From Epithemia pelagica (lineage: Eukaryota > Protista > Bacillariophyta), in assembly GCA_946965045.2 (NCBI GenBank), contig OX337235.1, forward strand, positions 930,001 through 994,000: a DNA stretch of 64,000 nucleotides. The letters run 5' to 3'. Made by a program: the position numbers and the translations under genes. Position 1 is the first letter of the stretch. Each line of letters begins with the position of its first letter. Below, piece by piece: positions 1 through 11,585 of the stretch. Below the pieces are notes generated by a model, which was given only the letters and a program-made list of their open reading frames with translations, did not search any database and had not been told where the DNA came from.

Positions 1-668
1 TAAATCATCAATAAGTTTCATATCAGGGGCACAAACGCCACAGTCGTCAACCCATAGAAAAATGATGATGTTGGACTTGTAAAGAAGACATTCGTCATGC
101 TTACTTGATCTTCCTTAAGCGCTTGTACTAGATGGATATACCACAATCTAGGTGCAGAAGACAGGCCATATAGACTTTTGATGAGTCTTAGGCAGGTCGT
201 TCCGGGCTTACTAGATCGAAATCCTCTAGGTAGATGAATCCATACAGGTTCATCTAAGGTAGCCTGTACAAATGCGTTGTTGAAATCGATACACGCAAGT
301 TCCGAACCCAAGATTAAACTAAGGGTGAGCACAATACGGATAGTACTCCAGTGAACCACTGGACTATAGTTCTCTTGTTCCATTTCTTGTAGGTCTCCTC
401 TAACACAATATCGAGCCTTATGCTTGATAATATCTCCGTCTGGAGATCGCTTGCGTTTGAATACCCATGTCCCAGGTAAAATTCGTGTATTAGCCTGGGA
501 TTGAGGGACTTCTTCCCAAGTTCCTTTCTCCTCTAGTTTGGTTATTTCCTTGCTAGCTGCCGCTTTCCATTTCTCTATGTCTTTATCTTGCATAGCCTCA
601 TCGTAAGAGAGGGTGTCGGGATCAGAGAGAGAAGCTTTGTGAACTGTTAAAAAGGTCACTAGGCTCAT
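1..668 (-). pseudogene. Copia reverse transcriptase (RVT_2), frameshifted
   Basis: Motifs WVFKRKR..G....KAR.CVRGD, DFNNAFVQ and KSLYGL...PRLW in ORF 18-668. After a frameshift near nt 105 another frame reads SSKHDECLLYKSNIIIFLWVDDCG, with the catalytic WVDD at 43-54. Confidence 0.92.
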
Positions 669-2290
669 GAGATGGTGGCATTAGAGAAGGGAGGTTTGCT
701 AGATTGCCTTCTTCAACTAGGCGGGTAGGTCGTTTAATAGTCCTAGCAGATCTCCTAGTTGGAAGGATCGTCGGTTGGACTGTACGTGGAGGCGGTCGCG
801 GTGGTAATCTAGCTGGAGAAGGAGAAGGGTTGTGAAGAGGGGACTCCCTCTGAGACGGCGACTCCCTCGGAGAAATGGTTACCTTGTGGGGTGACAGATG
901 GGGAGAAGGCGAACGAGGGGTACTCGGAGCTGTGGATTCAACTCCTGATGATACGGACACCTGTCTTTGAGGTGTCTGGTTAGTTATCTCCCTCTGAGGA
1001 GGTGATTCCAACGATGTGGTCAATGGAGTTGGAGTGGGATCCTCACTGGGAGTTGGTAAAGAAGCGGAGAGTGGCACTGGGAGTGGACGTGTGTTAGGTG
1101 TAGATGATGACGTCAACGGGAGATATGGTTGGCGGGTAGCAATTCGTTGTGCAACATCTGATTGACGTCGAAGATACGTATTTTGGGTAGCTTCATCAAT
1201 ACTGGTAAGGGAGTCTAGATCGTCCGTTTCGGATGAATCATCAGTGATATATTGATATGCAGAATCTCCAAACAGGCGATACCAAGGTTCGGATGCAAAG
1301 TCCGGAAGCTGGTCGACAGACATGGCAATAGTGCTGAACCAATCGTCGAACACTACATGGAACTGGGGCGTAATATAGCCAGTTTGAGGATTTAAGACTA
1401 ATGGAACAGTACTGGCATGTCGCGTACTTAACCCCATAAGTTGGCAGCGAATAGATTTTGGCTTCCAGCGGGGTAGCTTTTTCCCGTCTGCAATGGTTTT
1501 GTGCAGAACATAGACCGGACAGCCCCACACGTGGAGATCATGAAATTTTCGTTGTTCCCATCGGACACGTGTGAAAACATCATGGGGGCTTATACCAGTC
1601 TCAGTATTGGGTACATGGTTGTGTAGGAAAACGGCATGTGAAACGGCCATGGGCCAGAGCGCCGGATCGGCCAATTCTGGCCACTGTATGGCAGAGCGTA
1701 ACATCATGGTGCGTGCAATCGACATAATTGTTTGTATTGCCCTTTCAGCTATTCCGGCATGATGATGTGCCCCGACTCCTGCGAACCGCGAAATTTGAGC
1801 AAAGTTCTCAAGCGATTGGGAGTAGGATTTTGAGGTGAAAGCAGCTCCATTGTCCGTTAGGTATTTGAGAGGAACTACACCCACTTCTCTACAAAATAGC
1901 TCAAAAGATCCTTTAACACTAAGCGTTTCGTGAGTGTTAAGGTGTGATTGAAATCCTATCCATGTATACCCCGAGGCGTGATCGACAAAGATCGCGCCGC
2001 CCACATAAAGGTTGTCAACTTTTGACTTTCCCCGAGAGTCAAATCTTCGTCCTTTTGTGGAGCACACAAAATGATCTACAGAGATACATTGTCCAGGATG
2101 GAGGTTGCCATCTTTGGTGACTCCTCGTCAATCCTTGACAATGGTTGTTGTCGAACCGGGTTCGGTGCAACGACGTTGTTTCCCAAATTGGCATGCTGCG
2201 CATAATGGTAAGTCTTGCAAAAGAGATGCAGCTTGTGAGTGTAAGCGACGAGTCTTTTCTGTTGTTGAGGAGCGGTAAGATTTTCATTGT
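622..2290 (-). pseudogene. Copia integrase (rve) with disrupted zinc-finger/GAG-pre-integrase region
   Basis: ORF 622-2067 has FVDHASG, LTDNG, GIAERAIQT and HVWGCPVYVL. Upstream in the same frame: CAACQFGK...KD*RGVTKDGNLHPGQCISVDHF (TGA at 2128-2130). The WHxRLGH segment is missing, causing a frameshift near 2250. Confidence 0.9.
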
Positions 2291-5200
2291 GTTGTGATAC
2301 TTCGTTCACTGTTGTGTTGAGAGCTACCGAGCCAGTCATCATGTTCTGCTTGTCGTACCCAAACGACATGGGCAGATTGTTGCTGGGATTCACCATGACG
2401 GTGACTTCTCGGCGGGATTCATCTCCTGGAATACCGGTTAAGGTAAGTGTGTAACCGTCTTGAATTATTTTCTCGCCGAAGTATGTTTGAAGTAACGATT
2501 GCGTCGACAAAAGTCTAACCGATGTTTTTGGTACTAGGAACGCAGGGAGTTTGAGCGATCGGGGCATACCATTGGTGTCCAGGATCGTCCAAACAACTGT
2601 TCCACGGGCGGTAGCTTTCATCCGGTTGGCGATTCCCTTTACTTGAAGACTTGGCAAAGAGCGAATCGGTCCCACAAAATCTTTCTCGTCGTTGGTAATG
2701 CAGACACTGGCCCCAGAGTCCCAGATAATTGGATAAGAGGCGTGTGAAGGCATAGAAGAGTGAAGTTTCGATGGATCCTGGAGTGCTGCTCTCAAGGCTT
2801 GTTGGGTGATATGTTCCCAAGGATGATGGTTCAACTCGGTGGTTGAGTGGTGGCAACGTGGTGGTTCCTGCAAGAGCATGGCCATTCCCATGAATTTGTT
2901 CTGGTTGAGTGGCGATGCAGGGTAGAAGTTGGGTACTTGAGGAAACGGTACGTTGCTTAAATTGCAGCAAAAGTTGCTGCTGTTTCTAGTATTCGATCTC
3001 TGACGGGTGTTGCCTGTCAGGTTGATAGTTGGTTCGGCGGAGGTCGACGGCTGGAAGCAAGAGGTACTGCGCCGGTTTTTGCAGCGGTGACTCGTCGGCA
3101 TCCTGCGGCGGTTGGTCGGTGGTGTGGAGGTCATGGCGCTCCGCGGTCGGTTGGGTACACGGCGGCGCTTGCGGTTGTGCCGGCGTGATCCGGAGTTAAC
3201 ATGCCTGTTGTTCGTCGTGTTCCTGTTTCTCCCTCGCAGCGGAGTGGCATGGCCTCGGAAACCCAGATGGCCACCCGTCTCGGTGGATGCTGACAATCCC
3301 AACAATCTGCAAACCAACACAACAATCAACCTCAAAGCGGAGAAACAAAATCCAACAATCAAACTTGGAGGTGGAAGAGATCGTGGCTTTGAGCGGATTG
3401 GATTGTGGGTGTGGATGCGAGCGAGTCGGTACTTGAATCGGTTGACATGGTAGTTGGGGTGGTGTCCGAACCATGGTGAGTCAGGATAGCGAGAAGAGAC
3501 GCGCCGAATGACCACCAAAACAACAATCCAACATGAGAGCCAAGTGAGGATGGCGGGCATGAAGGATGGATGAGTCACGTATGAGAGCAGTAAGAACCAT
3601 AGACCTGTATATAAGTCGTAGATTCCTGTTAGAAAATGGCTCAGACCGATGTAAAATGTAGTCTTTCCTTCATTGTAGTAGGTGTCAGCTCTCGTAGAGG
3701 GTGAGGCGGTAGGGTAGAGCCACTGGATCACAGGTAGGACAAGGACAAGGTGGGCGAGTGCAACTAAGAAAAGGTGCAGCCACGCAGAAGTTTCTGCCGT
3801 AAGTGTCTCGTCCGACTCGCGCGCCAGCCGATCATCAAAATCGCGACGGACCGGCGAAGGGGTCACGTGTCCGAACCTGAATGGGGTGTAGTGGACTTCT
3901 ACGCATTTCCCTACCAGAGAATCCTCATCAGATGATACTGTTTCTTCCATAGTGTCAATTGGGACTTTTTGTCGGTCCTGGGGACCTCCCTCCGATTCAT
4001 TATTCTTGATCCAGAAATTTTGGGTCTCATTTTTAGAACAATCGTCGACCCATGCCATGTTGGCAAAGTATTTGGTGAGCGGCACAGTTTTTGCTGAGTC
4101 GCCACCACTGCTTGCTGTGTCTGCATCGGTAGGTACGTACTTCTCCCCAAGAGTGTTGTTGGGTGTAAACGAAGTAGAAGACAAACTGTCCGCACTACTC
4201 TCACGATGTGTTCGGAGTTGTGTTGATGCAGGTGTAAAGCGATGGCTAATGGACGACGTGTCCATCGGCTGAATATCGAAGCAAGGCATCATCGGTCCGG
4301 GAGGAATGGTGGACATGCCAGGAAAAGAGTGTTCCGGTCGAGGGTGATTTGGGATCAAAGTTCCATCGACATAGTATCCCATTGCCCATTCTTCTTCCTT
4401 GACACGCTGATATGCTTCAGCGACGGTAAGTTTTGGTTCACGCCATGCATTGGCAAAGACTGTTTTTGCTGCACGTTCGTATCTCATTCCATCACGTTTT
4501 GCCTGTTCTGCTTCGAGAACGAATTGTTCGGACGAGTAACGAGCGATTGGCTGCTGCATGGTGAGTTTTCGTCGCGGAGGCAGTTGCGGTGGAGGAGACG
4601 GAGCTTGGTGTGCCAGCGCAAAGGGTGCTGATGGCCGTGGCGGAAGCGGTGGCTGTGGAAGAATTGGTGAGATGGCAGGGAGTTTCTTTTCAAGGCTAGG
4701 TGGTCGTCCCTCCTGCAGCATTTTGAGAGGGGCATTCATATCATCGACGGACAAATCCATGCTGGCTTCTGGCGTACGGTAAGTGTCATTATTTCCCATG
4801 CTGGTGTCTTTTGTGTCTTGATCCATGCTTTCATAGCTCTCATTGACTGCTGCTGCTGCCTGGATTTCTTTGTCGTACAAACCTTCGAGGAAACGTTGGG
4901 TTTCCAAATCGGAGAATTTGACAGCTTCAGAATCGAGGGCAGACAGAGATGGTCCCAGTTCCTCCCACTTGTTGAAATACTTTGGCTCGTTTCCAAAGTC
5001 AGGTTCAATGGGAGTTGAGGTAGGTTCCGTGGTATTGATTGTGCTTGTTGTGTTGCAAGAAGAAGAGTCTTGCATGTCGCTCGTGGTTGTCTCACTGTCT
5101 TGTTCTTCTTGTTCCAATGCTGCTGAGGTAATGCGATCAGGCGTTACCAGGTTCAAGGTATTGGATGAGAAGAGGGACGAGGAAGTTGATGACCCATCGT

Positions 5201-6827
5201 CCATTTCTTCTTCGGTGTCAACGGTTTGGGTCAAATTGACCACAAGATTGTACGCACAAAGGTCGTACTCGTCGTCCGTCTCGGAGCAATCCACATCAGT
5301 TTTAGCGTCGTCCATGTTGGGAGGACACTCCACACAAACACACTTTGCTTCGAAATCGTCTTGGTCAAAGAGCCAAGAGTGCTCTTTGTTGACCATTTCG
5401 TAAGTATTTGCATCATCGAAGCCGTTTTTCTCGATGTATGCTGCCCATGCTGCCGGTTCCATTTCTAACTTGTTTGCTTGATGCTGTTTGGAACTCGACT
5501 TGTTGGATTTGAAACCAACAATATGCTCACTGGTTTTGTGAGTTGGATTCCAGTTGGTGCATTTTCCGCACCAATACATGGGCTTTCCGTCCACCATCCG
5601 CATTTCTGGTTCCCCTTCTTTGGGAGGGATGCGGCGCCAGTTGTTATCGCTGGAAGAGGTACGTTTCGTGAAGTTGTTGTTGTTTTTGTTTTTGTTGTTG
5701 TTCTTCCCCTTTTCACGAACGTATGTCTTCTTGTTCCCGGGTGTGTTCATTTGCTGAACAAGAGCGTTGGCTTGAATGGACTTGGTCTGTTTTCCTTTCT
5801 TGGAAACTGTGGCATTGTTAGCACCATACGATGTTGGTGGTGCTTTGGAATCCCGGTGAGTGCTCTTTGCGCTCCATTCCCCGCGCTTTACACTTACCCA
5901 ATATTTGCTGTTTGCCTCTTCGATCACGTGCGTATAGAGCAGCTTGTTTGTGGTCATGTATTGATCCGCTGCTGCACGGTCGAGAAACCGAATGTGATCG
6001 ACACTGTCCTGGACAGACTTGTTCAGGAGCAGGAGAGAAAACTTCGGAGTCGGCGGCCATTCTGCTTTCAAAATATTTGTGAGCAGGCTCGCCGTGAGGG
6101 TGTGGTCGTAAAGACCAGCGGCGGTAAGAGATCGGGCCTTTGCGGCGAAATCGGTGGTAAGTGCAGTGATGTCATGGCCGGCGTAGTTGTGCGGGTCCAA
6201 TGAACGCATCTCACTTTTTACGATTTCCCAATGTTCGATTGAGTCGTCCGTAATAATGCGGACGATGATCATGAACAGCTCCGGAAAGGATGCAACGTCG
6301 CGGGATTGGTCCTCCACTTCCCGTCGAAATGTCTTATCCAATGAGTCAAGTAAGTAGTCTTGCGCCGCGGCATCGTTGTTGGCGTCATACTTATCATACT
6401 TGCTCACCTGTTGTTTCATTGCTTTGTGAACCTTTGTGTGAGTGAACCGTGGGTGTTCGGTAACGATGTTGAGCATGGAGGACTTACTGAGTGGATCGAG
6501 TAAGTACATAATCGTATCCATGCCGTGTTTCGTGAAATGGCGGACTAATTCATCTTGGAGTCTTGAGAAATCGCCTTTCTTCTTATCGAACTTTTCAACA
6601 GGGCCAGTCACCCGATCAAGATACCGCTTGTCGGTAAAGGTACGTAGCTGGAGACTGCGGACTGGATGGTCCTTGGCTTTGTCGTCTAACCCTTTCCAAT
6701 CTGGTTTGGGTTTACCGCCAGTCCAGGGGACGTACGTGTCCTTGCTGGATTGAACGAGGCCGCCCATTCTGGGACAGTCGGGCATAAAGACATCAGTGTC
6801 TTGTTGGGGAGAGTCTTCACCTGACAT
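2076..6827 (-). CDS. Copia Gag-protease polyprotein with a long insertion containing hydrophobic segments
   Basis: 1583-aa ORF: gag-like N-terminus, MYWCGKCTNWNPTHKTSEH zinc knuckle, ~800-aa low-complexity/hydrophobic spacer, then aspartic protease IIWDSGASVCIT...LLSTQSL. The last ~60 aa are out-of-frame read-through. Confidence 0.85.
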   Translation of the reverse strand: MSGEDSPQQDTDVFMPDCPRMGGLVQSSKDTYVPWTGGKPKPDWKGLDDKAKDHPVRSLQLRTFTDKRYLDRVTGPVEKFDKKKGDFSRLQDELVRHFTKHGMDTIMYLLDPLSKSSMLNIVTEHPRFTHTKVHKAMKQQVSKYDKYDANNDAAAQDYLLDSLDKTFRREVEDQSRDVASFPELFMIIVRIITDDSIEHWEIVKSEMRSLDPHNYAGHDITALTTDFAAKARSLTAAGLYDHTLTASLLTNILKAEWPPTPKFSLLLLNKSVQDSVDHIRFLDRAAADQYMTTNKLLYTHVIEEANSKYWVSVKRGEWSAKSTHRDSKAPPTSYGANNATVSKKGKQTKSIQANALVQQMNTPGNKKTYVREKGKNNNKNKNNNNFTKRTSSSDNNWRRIPPKEGEPEMRMVDGKPMYWCGKCTNWNPTHKTSEHIVGFKSNKSSSKQHQANKLEMEPAAWAAYIEKNGFDDANTYEMVNKEHSWLFDQDDFEAKCVCVECPPNMDDAKTDVDCSETDDEYDLCAYNLVVNLTQTVDTEEEMDDGSSTSSSLFSSNTLNLVTPDRITSAALEQEEQDSETTTSDMQDSSSCNTTSTINTTEPTSTPIEPDFGNEPKYFNKWEELGPSLSALDSEAVKFSDLETQRFLEGLYDKEIQAAAAVNESYESMDQDTKDTSMGNNDTYRTPEASMDLSVDDMNAPLKMLQEGRPPSLEKKLPAISPILPQPPLPPRPSAPFALAHQAPSPPPQLPPRRKLTMQQPIARYSSEQFVLEAEQAKRDGMRYERAAKTVFANAWREPKLTVAEAYQRVKEEEWAMGYYVDGTLIPNHPRPEHSFPGMSTIPPGPMMPCFDIQPMDTSSISHRFTPASTQLRTHRESSADSLSSTSFTPNNTLGEKYVPTDADTASSGGDSAKTVPLTKYFANMAWVDDCSKNETQNFWIKNNESEGGPQDRQKVPIDTMEETVSSDEDSLVGKCVEVHYTPFRFGHVTPSPVRRDFDDRLARESDETLTAETSAWLHLFLVALAHLVLVLPVIQWLYPTASPSTRADTYYNEGKTTFYIGLSHFLTGIYDLYTGLWFLLLSYVTHPSFMPAILTWLSCWIVVLVVIRRVSSRYPDSPWFGHHPNYHVNRFKYRLARIHTHNPIRSKPRSLPPPSLIVGFCFSALRLIVVLVCRLLGLSASTETGGHLGFRGHATPLRGRNRNTTNNRHVNSGSRRHNRKRRRVPNRPRSAMTSTPPTNRRRMPTSHRCKNRRSTSCFQPSTSAEPTINLTGNTRQRSNTRNSSNFCCNLSNVPFPQVPNFYPASPLNQNKFMGMAMLLQEPPRCHHSTTELNHHPWEHITQQALRAALQDPSKLHSSMPSHASYPIIWDSGASVCITNDEKDFVGPIRSLPSLQVKGIANRMKATARGTVVWTILDTNGMPRSLKLPAFLVPKTSVRLLSTQSLLQTYFGEKIIQDGYTLTLTGIPGDESRREVTVMVNPSNNLPMSFGYDKQNMMTGSVALNTTVNEVSQHNENLTAPQQQKRLVAYTHKLHLFCKTYHYAQHANLGNNVVAPNPVRQQPLSRIDEESPKMATSILDNVSL

Positions 6828-7233
6828 GGTGTTGGAAGCAACAATCAGCCGCTTTTGGGAAGAACGAGACGCGTCGGTTTGCTGGGCAGAGCCAGGGAGA
6901 GGTGCGGTCTGTTGCTGGGGTTCTTGCTGGGTGTTTGCAAGATCAGGTGGTACACTGAGTGGAGGCTCAGTGGGGTCAGTCCGATTCGGGTCAGGAGTAG
7001 TGTCAGACTCGTCGACACTCTCTGCTGTTACGAGTTCGAAACTGCCAGCGCCACTAGAGGTAGGAGAGTCTTGGTCTTCCTCCGTTGTGGCTACGGGGTG
7101 GATGCCTTGCTAGGGATGTCCACTCCTTGCGCGCGTATAGATGCCGTAGTAAGAGGTGAACCTTATAGAGTTCTCCCTCTTGGTAATATAATAGTCGATC
7201 GATCAGGAAACGTCTGGTTTACCAGCCTTATTT

Positions 7234-7247
7234 GGGCTCAGCAACCA
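7234..7247 (-). promoter_or_regulatory. Putative primer-binding site (TGGTTGCTGAGCCC)
   Basis: Begins with TGG (complement of tRNA CCA) and lies between the gag leader and the candidate LTR. The cognate tRNA was not identified. Confidence 0.4.
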
Positions 7248-7252
7248 CTTAA

Positions 7253-7616
7253 TGTAAACAGATATCTAGGTGTTGGTAAAGACACGTGTTAGATATAGGT
7301 GAGGTAGTCAATATAGCTCGGGTAGCCAACCTACTGCAGTGAAACGACGATGGGGCCCTCACCTTCGAATCAGCAACTAGGTCGACTCTCTTTCACAAAC
7401 AGTTTGGTTACAAACTTTTGGTTTATTAAAAGAGTGAGCTTATTCTAAGATGAAAAGTGATTTTGGAGCAGGTTTGATCTCCTCGATCCTCTAGGTATGG
7501 AACTTGTTCTATTTGTTCCATAGAGCAGTTCTTTTTGTTCTATGCACTAGTGGGAGATCTCACCTCTCCTATTGTATCTTGTTTTGGATCTTTACTCGAT
7601 GGACTTACCTTTGACA
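7253..7616 (-). repeat. Candidate 5' LTR (~364 bp)
   Basis: Minus strand reads TGTCAAAG...TTTACA, contains AATAAA, and lies just upstream of the PBS candidate. The partner LTR is outside the window, so the boundaries are unverified. Confidence 0.35.
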
Positions 7617-7982
7617 CTCTTCAGGTGGCCGGATGGCCTGCCTGAGATCCATTTGTTTTCTCAATATTGAGAGGAAGATTCGGTATCCGGTGGCTCGCCC
7701 GACATGCAAATATATACGGCTGTATAGTGGGCTCGCGGTCTGGCAAGTTTTTATGTAAATAATATAGTAGGGCGTAAGTCACGTAAAGTTCCTTAGTTTT
7801 GGCGAGCAGCACGATCAGTACTCTAAAGCAGCTGCTCGATGCGTTGAGGTTCAATTGACGTGCGTTGAGGTGCAACGCCTGCTTCTGATCGGCATGTGGC
7901 ACGTCTGACCGCGTGTCACGCATATAGCTAGAGGAAATAGTCTAATGTCTAGAGAGTCGAGAGCGGTATTCTATTACTCTGG

Positions 7983-10190
7983 TTCATGAGTCACTGCCTT
8001 GTCGATGAAAGGGATACGTCGTCCTGTTAGGATTTTTAGGATGGAATTCTCGGCGAGCTACACTGGTCGCTAGGAGTACAAGCTACATAGAAACTACCTA
8101 GAAGAGCATCTTATGATAGAGTTGTCTTTCTCGTCCCATGGTGGGTGGTGGGAGGAGACAGGAGACGCATTCGTTGATACTTGATACCGCGTTTGGAATT
8201 CCTGTCGGCTTTTGGTTGCGACTTGCGACGGAAACTCGAAAACGACGCAAAACGCAAACGCAACGGGCTGAACAGCTTACACCATCAAAACAAAACAAAA
8301 GACATCTTGATAGTACAATTTCACGCAATGTCCCTCCCGAACTTGTGCAATACTCGTCCGTCCTATTGTCTTCAATGCCATCCAGCATCTCTTTTTGAAA
8401 GTTCGATATCAACCATCAACTGAGTCGATCCAATAAAACCTAAGAGGCCCGAGCAAATTGTTTACGACTGCTACTACTACTACGAGTACGAGTAGACGAG
8501 TATCCAGTATCCAACAAATATCCCCACCAAGGACATTCAAGGAGTCATCAATTCTGTTGTCCAGGTCATAAAGCTTGTGTCCACGTATGTTGGTTGGGAT
8601 TATCTCAACCAATAACATCAGAGGAAACTATGTACACCTCACCAAAATGCTTCTGACACTGCAGGTAGCTTGAGAATCTCGGGGCAGACGCTTTCCCTCG
8701 ATTCTCAAATCACGAATAGACTGTCGCTTCTCCTCTTTCGACTTCCGAGGTGAGGTGCTCACAATTTCAATTTCCACGGTTCCAAAGACTCATAAAATAC
8801 CCAAAGAAACAAAATGAAAGTTACCAGTGGTTTCTTCTCGTGGGGTCTTTCCCTTTTTGTTGGCTTGCCTCTTCTTGTGGATGGCAAAGACCATCTGCGA
8901 GGACTGAGCAGCGGAACTGGCGCCAACAGTAACGGCGTTTGCACTTCCTCCCCGCTGTTTTGGTCCCAAGATCCTTGGTTGCCCGTGGAGGACAAAGACG
9001 ACGGTGCCAATCGAACCTCCATTCCAGCCTTGACGCAGCCCTTTTACAATGAAGTAAACGATGTCCATGCTACTGTCTCTGCCGCGAATACCAAGTTGAT
9101 TCTGAGCGTCAACGGGAACTGGTACCCCGCCTTGGCACGCCTGATGAAGGAAGTGTATATCCCCAAGAATTCATCCTATGAGACCAGTTACTTGTATACC
9201 ACCAGTCCACCCATTGGTAATCCTCAAACGGACAACAATATCCTCAAGGTGGGAAATCTACTTTTCAAGGATGCAGCTCCCCATTTCTACACAGGAGCTC
9301 CACCTATTCTCAACTTACTTGGTGACAAGATTGACAATTCCACTCGTGAATTCTTTCTTTATTTCTACGTACGGCAGTGTCATTTTGAAGCGCATGGGTG
9401 ACACCACCATTAACACATTCTGGGATTTGAAGAATTTGACCGCTGACCGATTCGCCACGTCGGATCCGGCGGGAGAGCCGGGCTTATTCACCAATGCATA
9501 CAGGTGGAGTGTCTTCATCCCGAAGATGACACTTTAGATCCAACTGATCCGGTAGACAATGTGACCATTGGTGAAGAAGCAATAGCATTGAGAGACCAGT
9601 TGTTTAATGAGAACGTCGTCACCATTGGACAGCCCATGTGGCGTAGTATCCCTCATGTGATTGCCAATCACCAGGCCGATGCTGGTCTTCTCTTTCTTCA
9701 TTTGGCTGTGGAAGCTATGCGAGACAATCCAAACACCTTCACTGCCATTTACCTTGATAAGAATACGACTGGTGAAACGTCTGACCCAGACGAGCTGTTG
9801 GCAATGCAGCGAGACCCCTTGGAGGGGAACCGTGTTGGCACCTTTGCCATTGCGAAGACCACCCGCACTCTTACTGCTGAACAGGATAAAGCCGGAGAGG
9901 ACTTTCTCGACGCGTTGAGGTCAGCTGAATTTGATCAAATCCTCGAGGACGTAGGTTTGCGTCGTAACATTGTCGGTTAAATTGCCGATTCGACTGTGCT
10001 GACGCCGACGACAGTTACAGCGGCGGCGATTAAGGATGCAAAAGAGAAAGAAGAAATCATACATATTTATTTTTCCGTTGGAAGTCCACCACTGGCACTT
10101 CAATTCTACTATGCAGCAACGGCTTCATGCGCTGCTGCTTTAATCAAAGAGAGTTACTAATTAAAGAGAGTTACATGGTGTTTATTATTA
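7983..10190 (+). repeat. Inverted segmental duplication, copy A (partner 36464-38863)
   Basis: Blocks such as tcactgccttgtcgatgaaagggatacgtcgtcc (near 7991) and tcaaagagagttactaat (near 10143) have reverse complements near 38820-38855 and 36480-36500. The ModA-like gene and ~800 bp of upstream sequence are shared. Confidence 0.92.
8814..9980 (+). pseudogene. Secreted ModA-like (type-2 periplasmic-binding fold) protein, copy 1, frameshifted
   Basis: Signal peptide plus HLRGL, then LILSVNGNWYP..YLYTTSPP and PMWRSIPHVIA..ADAGLLF. Relative to the intact paralog at 14262 there is a 4-bp insertion near 9355 and a deletion near 9520, splitting it across three ORFs. Confidence 0.8.
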
Positions 10191-11585
10191 TACTCCAACA
10201 ATGATCATATCTGTGCAATGGGAAAATTTTCCTCGTTGTTGGTATGTTTTCCCTTCTTCCTCCTCTTGTTGAAGTGCCTCGTGCTTCTGTGCACAAGACC
10301 CCGCATGATACTCCACTTCAAATCTTGAAGCAGTTTCCGAGTAGGGGTGTAGGAATTTGCTCCCCGGATGTGATGTACATCCAATGTACACTGAACAGTA
10401 TGCAAACAGCCATTGGGTTTGTGAACGAGCATTAATCGTTGACATCGCAACGAACCATATTTCTAGTCGTGATTGTTGGTTGTATACTGCGAGAGACAAA
10501 TACAAATACCATTGCGGTTATCCGAATGACGCTCCATGCACCCGACTCAATGATCCAAGGAATGGACCGCATTTATGCGGGTGCCTCACGTAGCGTCTAC
10601 TCGGAGGGAAAGACGCAAAGTGAAACCTTTGCTTCTCAATGCAGGTGCAGATACTTAATCCATGCTGCTTCGGGAGCAACGCATTTCTTGTTCGAACTCA
10701 TTGGATTGGTGTCGTCGTGGATGACCAATCGAAGAGAGTGAGGCTCTGCGAGATTCGGATGAATGTGTCATGAAAACATTGCGCGACCGACTTTGGAATG
10801 TCATTGGCATTTGGCATGTGCAACGAAGACGATGTGGGACAAAGCCGAAATCAAATCGAATCAATCAAACCCTAAGGATTGTAGACAATTCGAGAAGTGT
10901 GAAACAGAAAGATCGACACAGCATTTCGTAAAGGAGGAGCAAACGGCCCTATCACTTTGGGGAATTGTGATTTTGTGAAACACCACATTCGACTATCGTA
11001 CGCCGCCAAACAGCTATTAAACAATCCAGAGTCGATCCTTTGAGGTTGTCGGTTGGATTTGATTGAATAACGACGCTTGACGTCCAAGGGACGTCGAGAC
11101 TTTTGTCTCCTCTTGTTTGGACCCAATGCTGATGTGGGCGACGGGAAAGGCTTTCGTCAAGTTGGACGGAAGTCGAGGCAAGACCACTACCATTCAAAAG
11201 AAACACATGTCCTAAATCAATATGAAAAATCTCATAAGATCTATGAAGGTCGATTTCCTATGAAGTTTTGGTAATACAACACTGACGTCTAAGGCCTATT
11301 TTGTTCAGATGGAACAGGTCTGGAAGATTTGATCTGTCATCATCGAACTCGGTTTTGAATCTATGCCTATCGGTCGTGCCTATGATTAAAAATGGCGTGC
11401 GTGTTACAAACCCGTTTGCAATACCAACAATTCACATGTATGGCAAATAAAGAAGTTCTTTTGTAAAACAAGACAAAGATTAACCTTTACTACGATGATT
11501 TCAATGGACATCCAACTATGAACGGAGCTTAAACAAGCACAATGTCTCAAGACAAGGAATGAACGGGCCGCGAAAGTGGTGCCGT

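Larger units (their letters stand above)
1..7616 (-). mobile_element. Ty1/copia LTR retrotransposon (CoDi-like), decayed; 3' part runs off the window start
   Basis: Domain order on the minus strand is gag (WCGKC..W..TH..EH knuckle), protease (IIWDSGAS), GAG-pre-integrase, integrase, RT. Integrase before RT defines copia. Several frameshifts in pol. Confidence 0.93.

Noticed and set aside
3290-3790. A true retroviral-type env gene
   Set aside because: It lies in frame between gag and protease, with no signal peptide, furin site or fusion peptide evident.
8098-8618. Small ORFs in the duplicated upstream region (also 38252-38716)
   Set aside because: Frames and stops are not conserved between the two copies; the similarity reflects the segmental duplication only.
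10200-11300. Cys-rich short ORFs as a gene remnant
   Set aside because: No recognisable domain, and frames are repeatedly interrupted.
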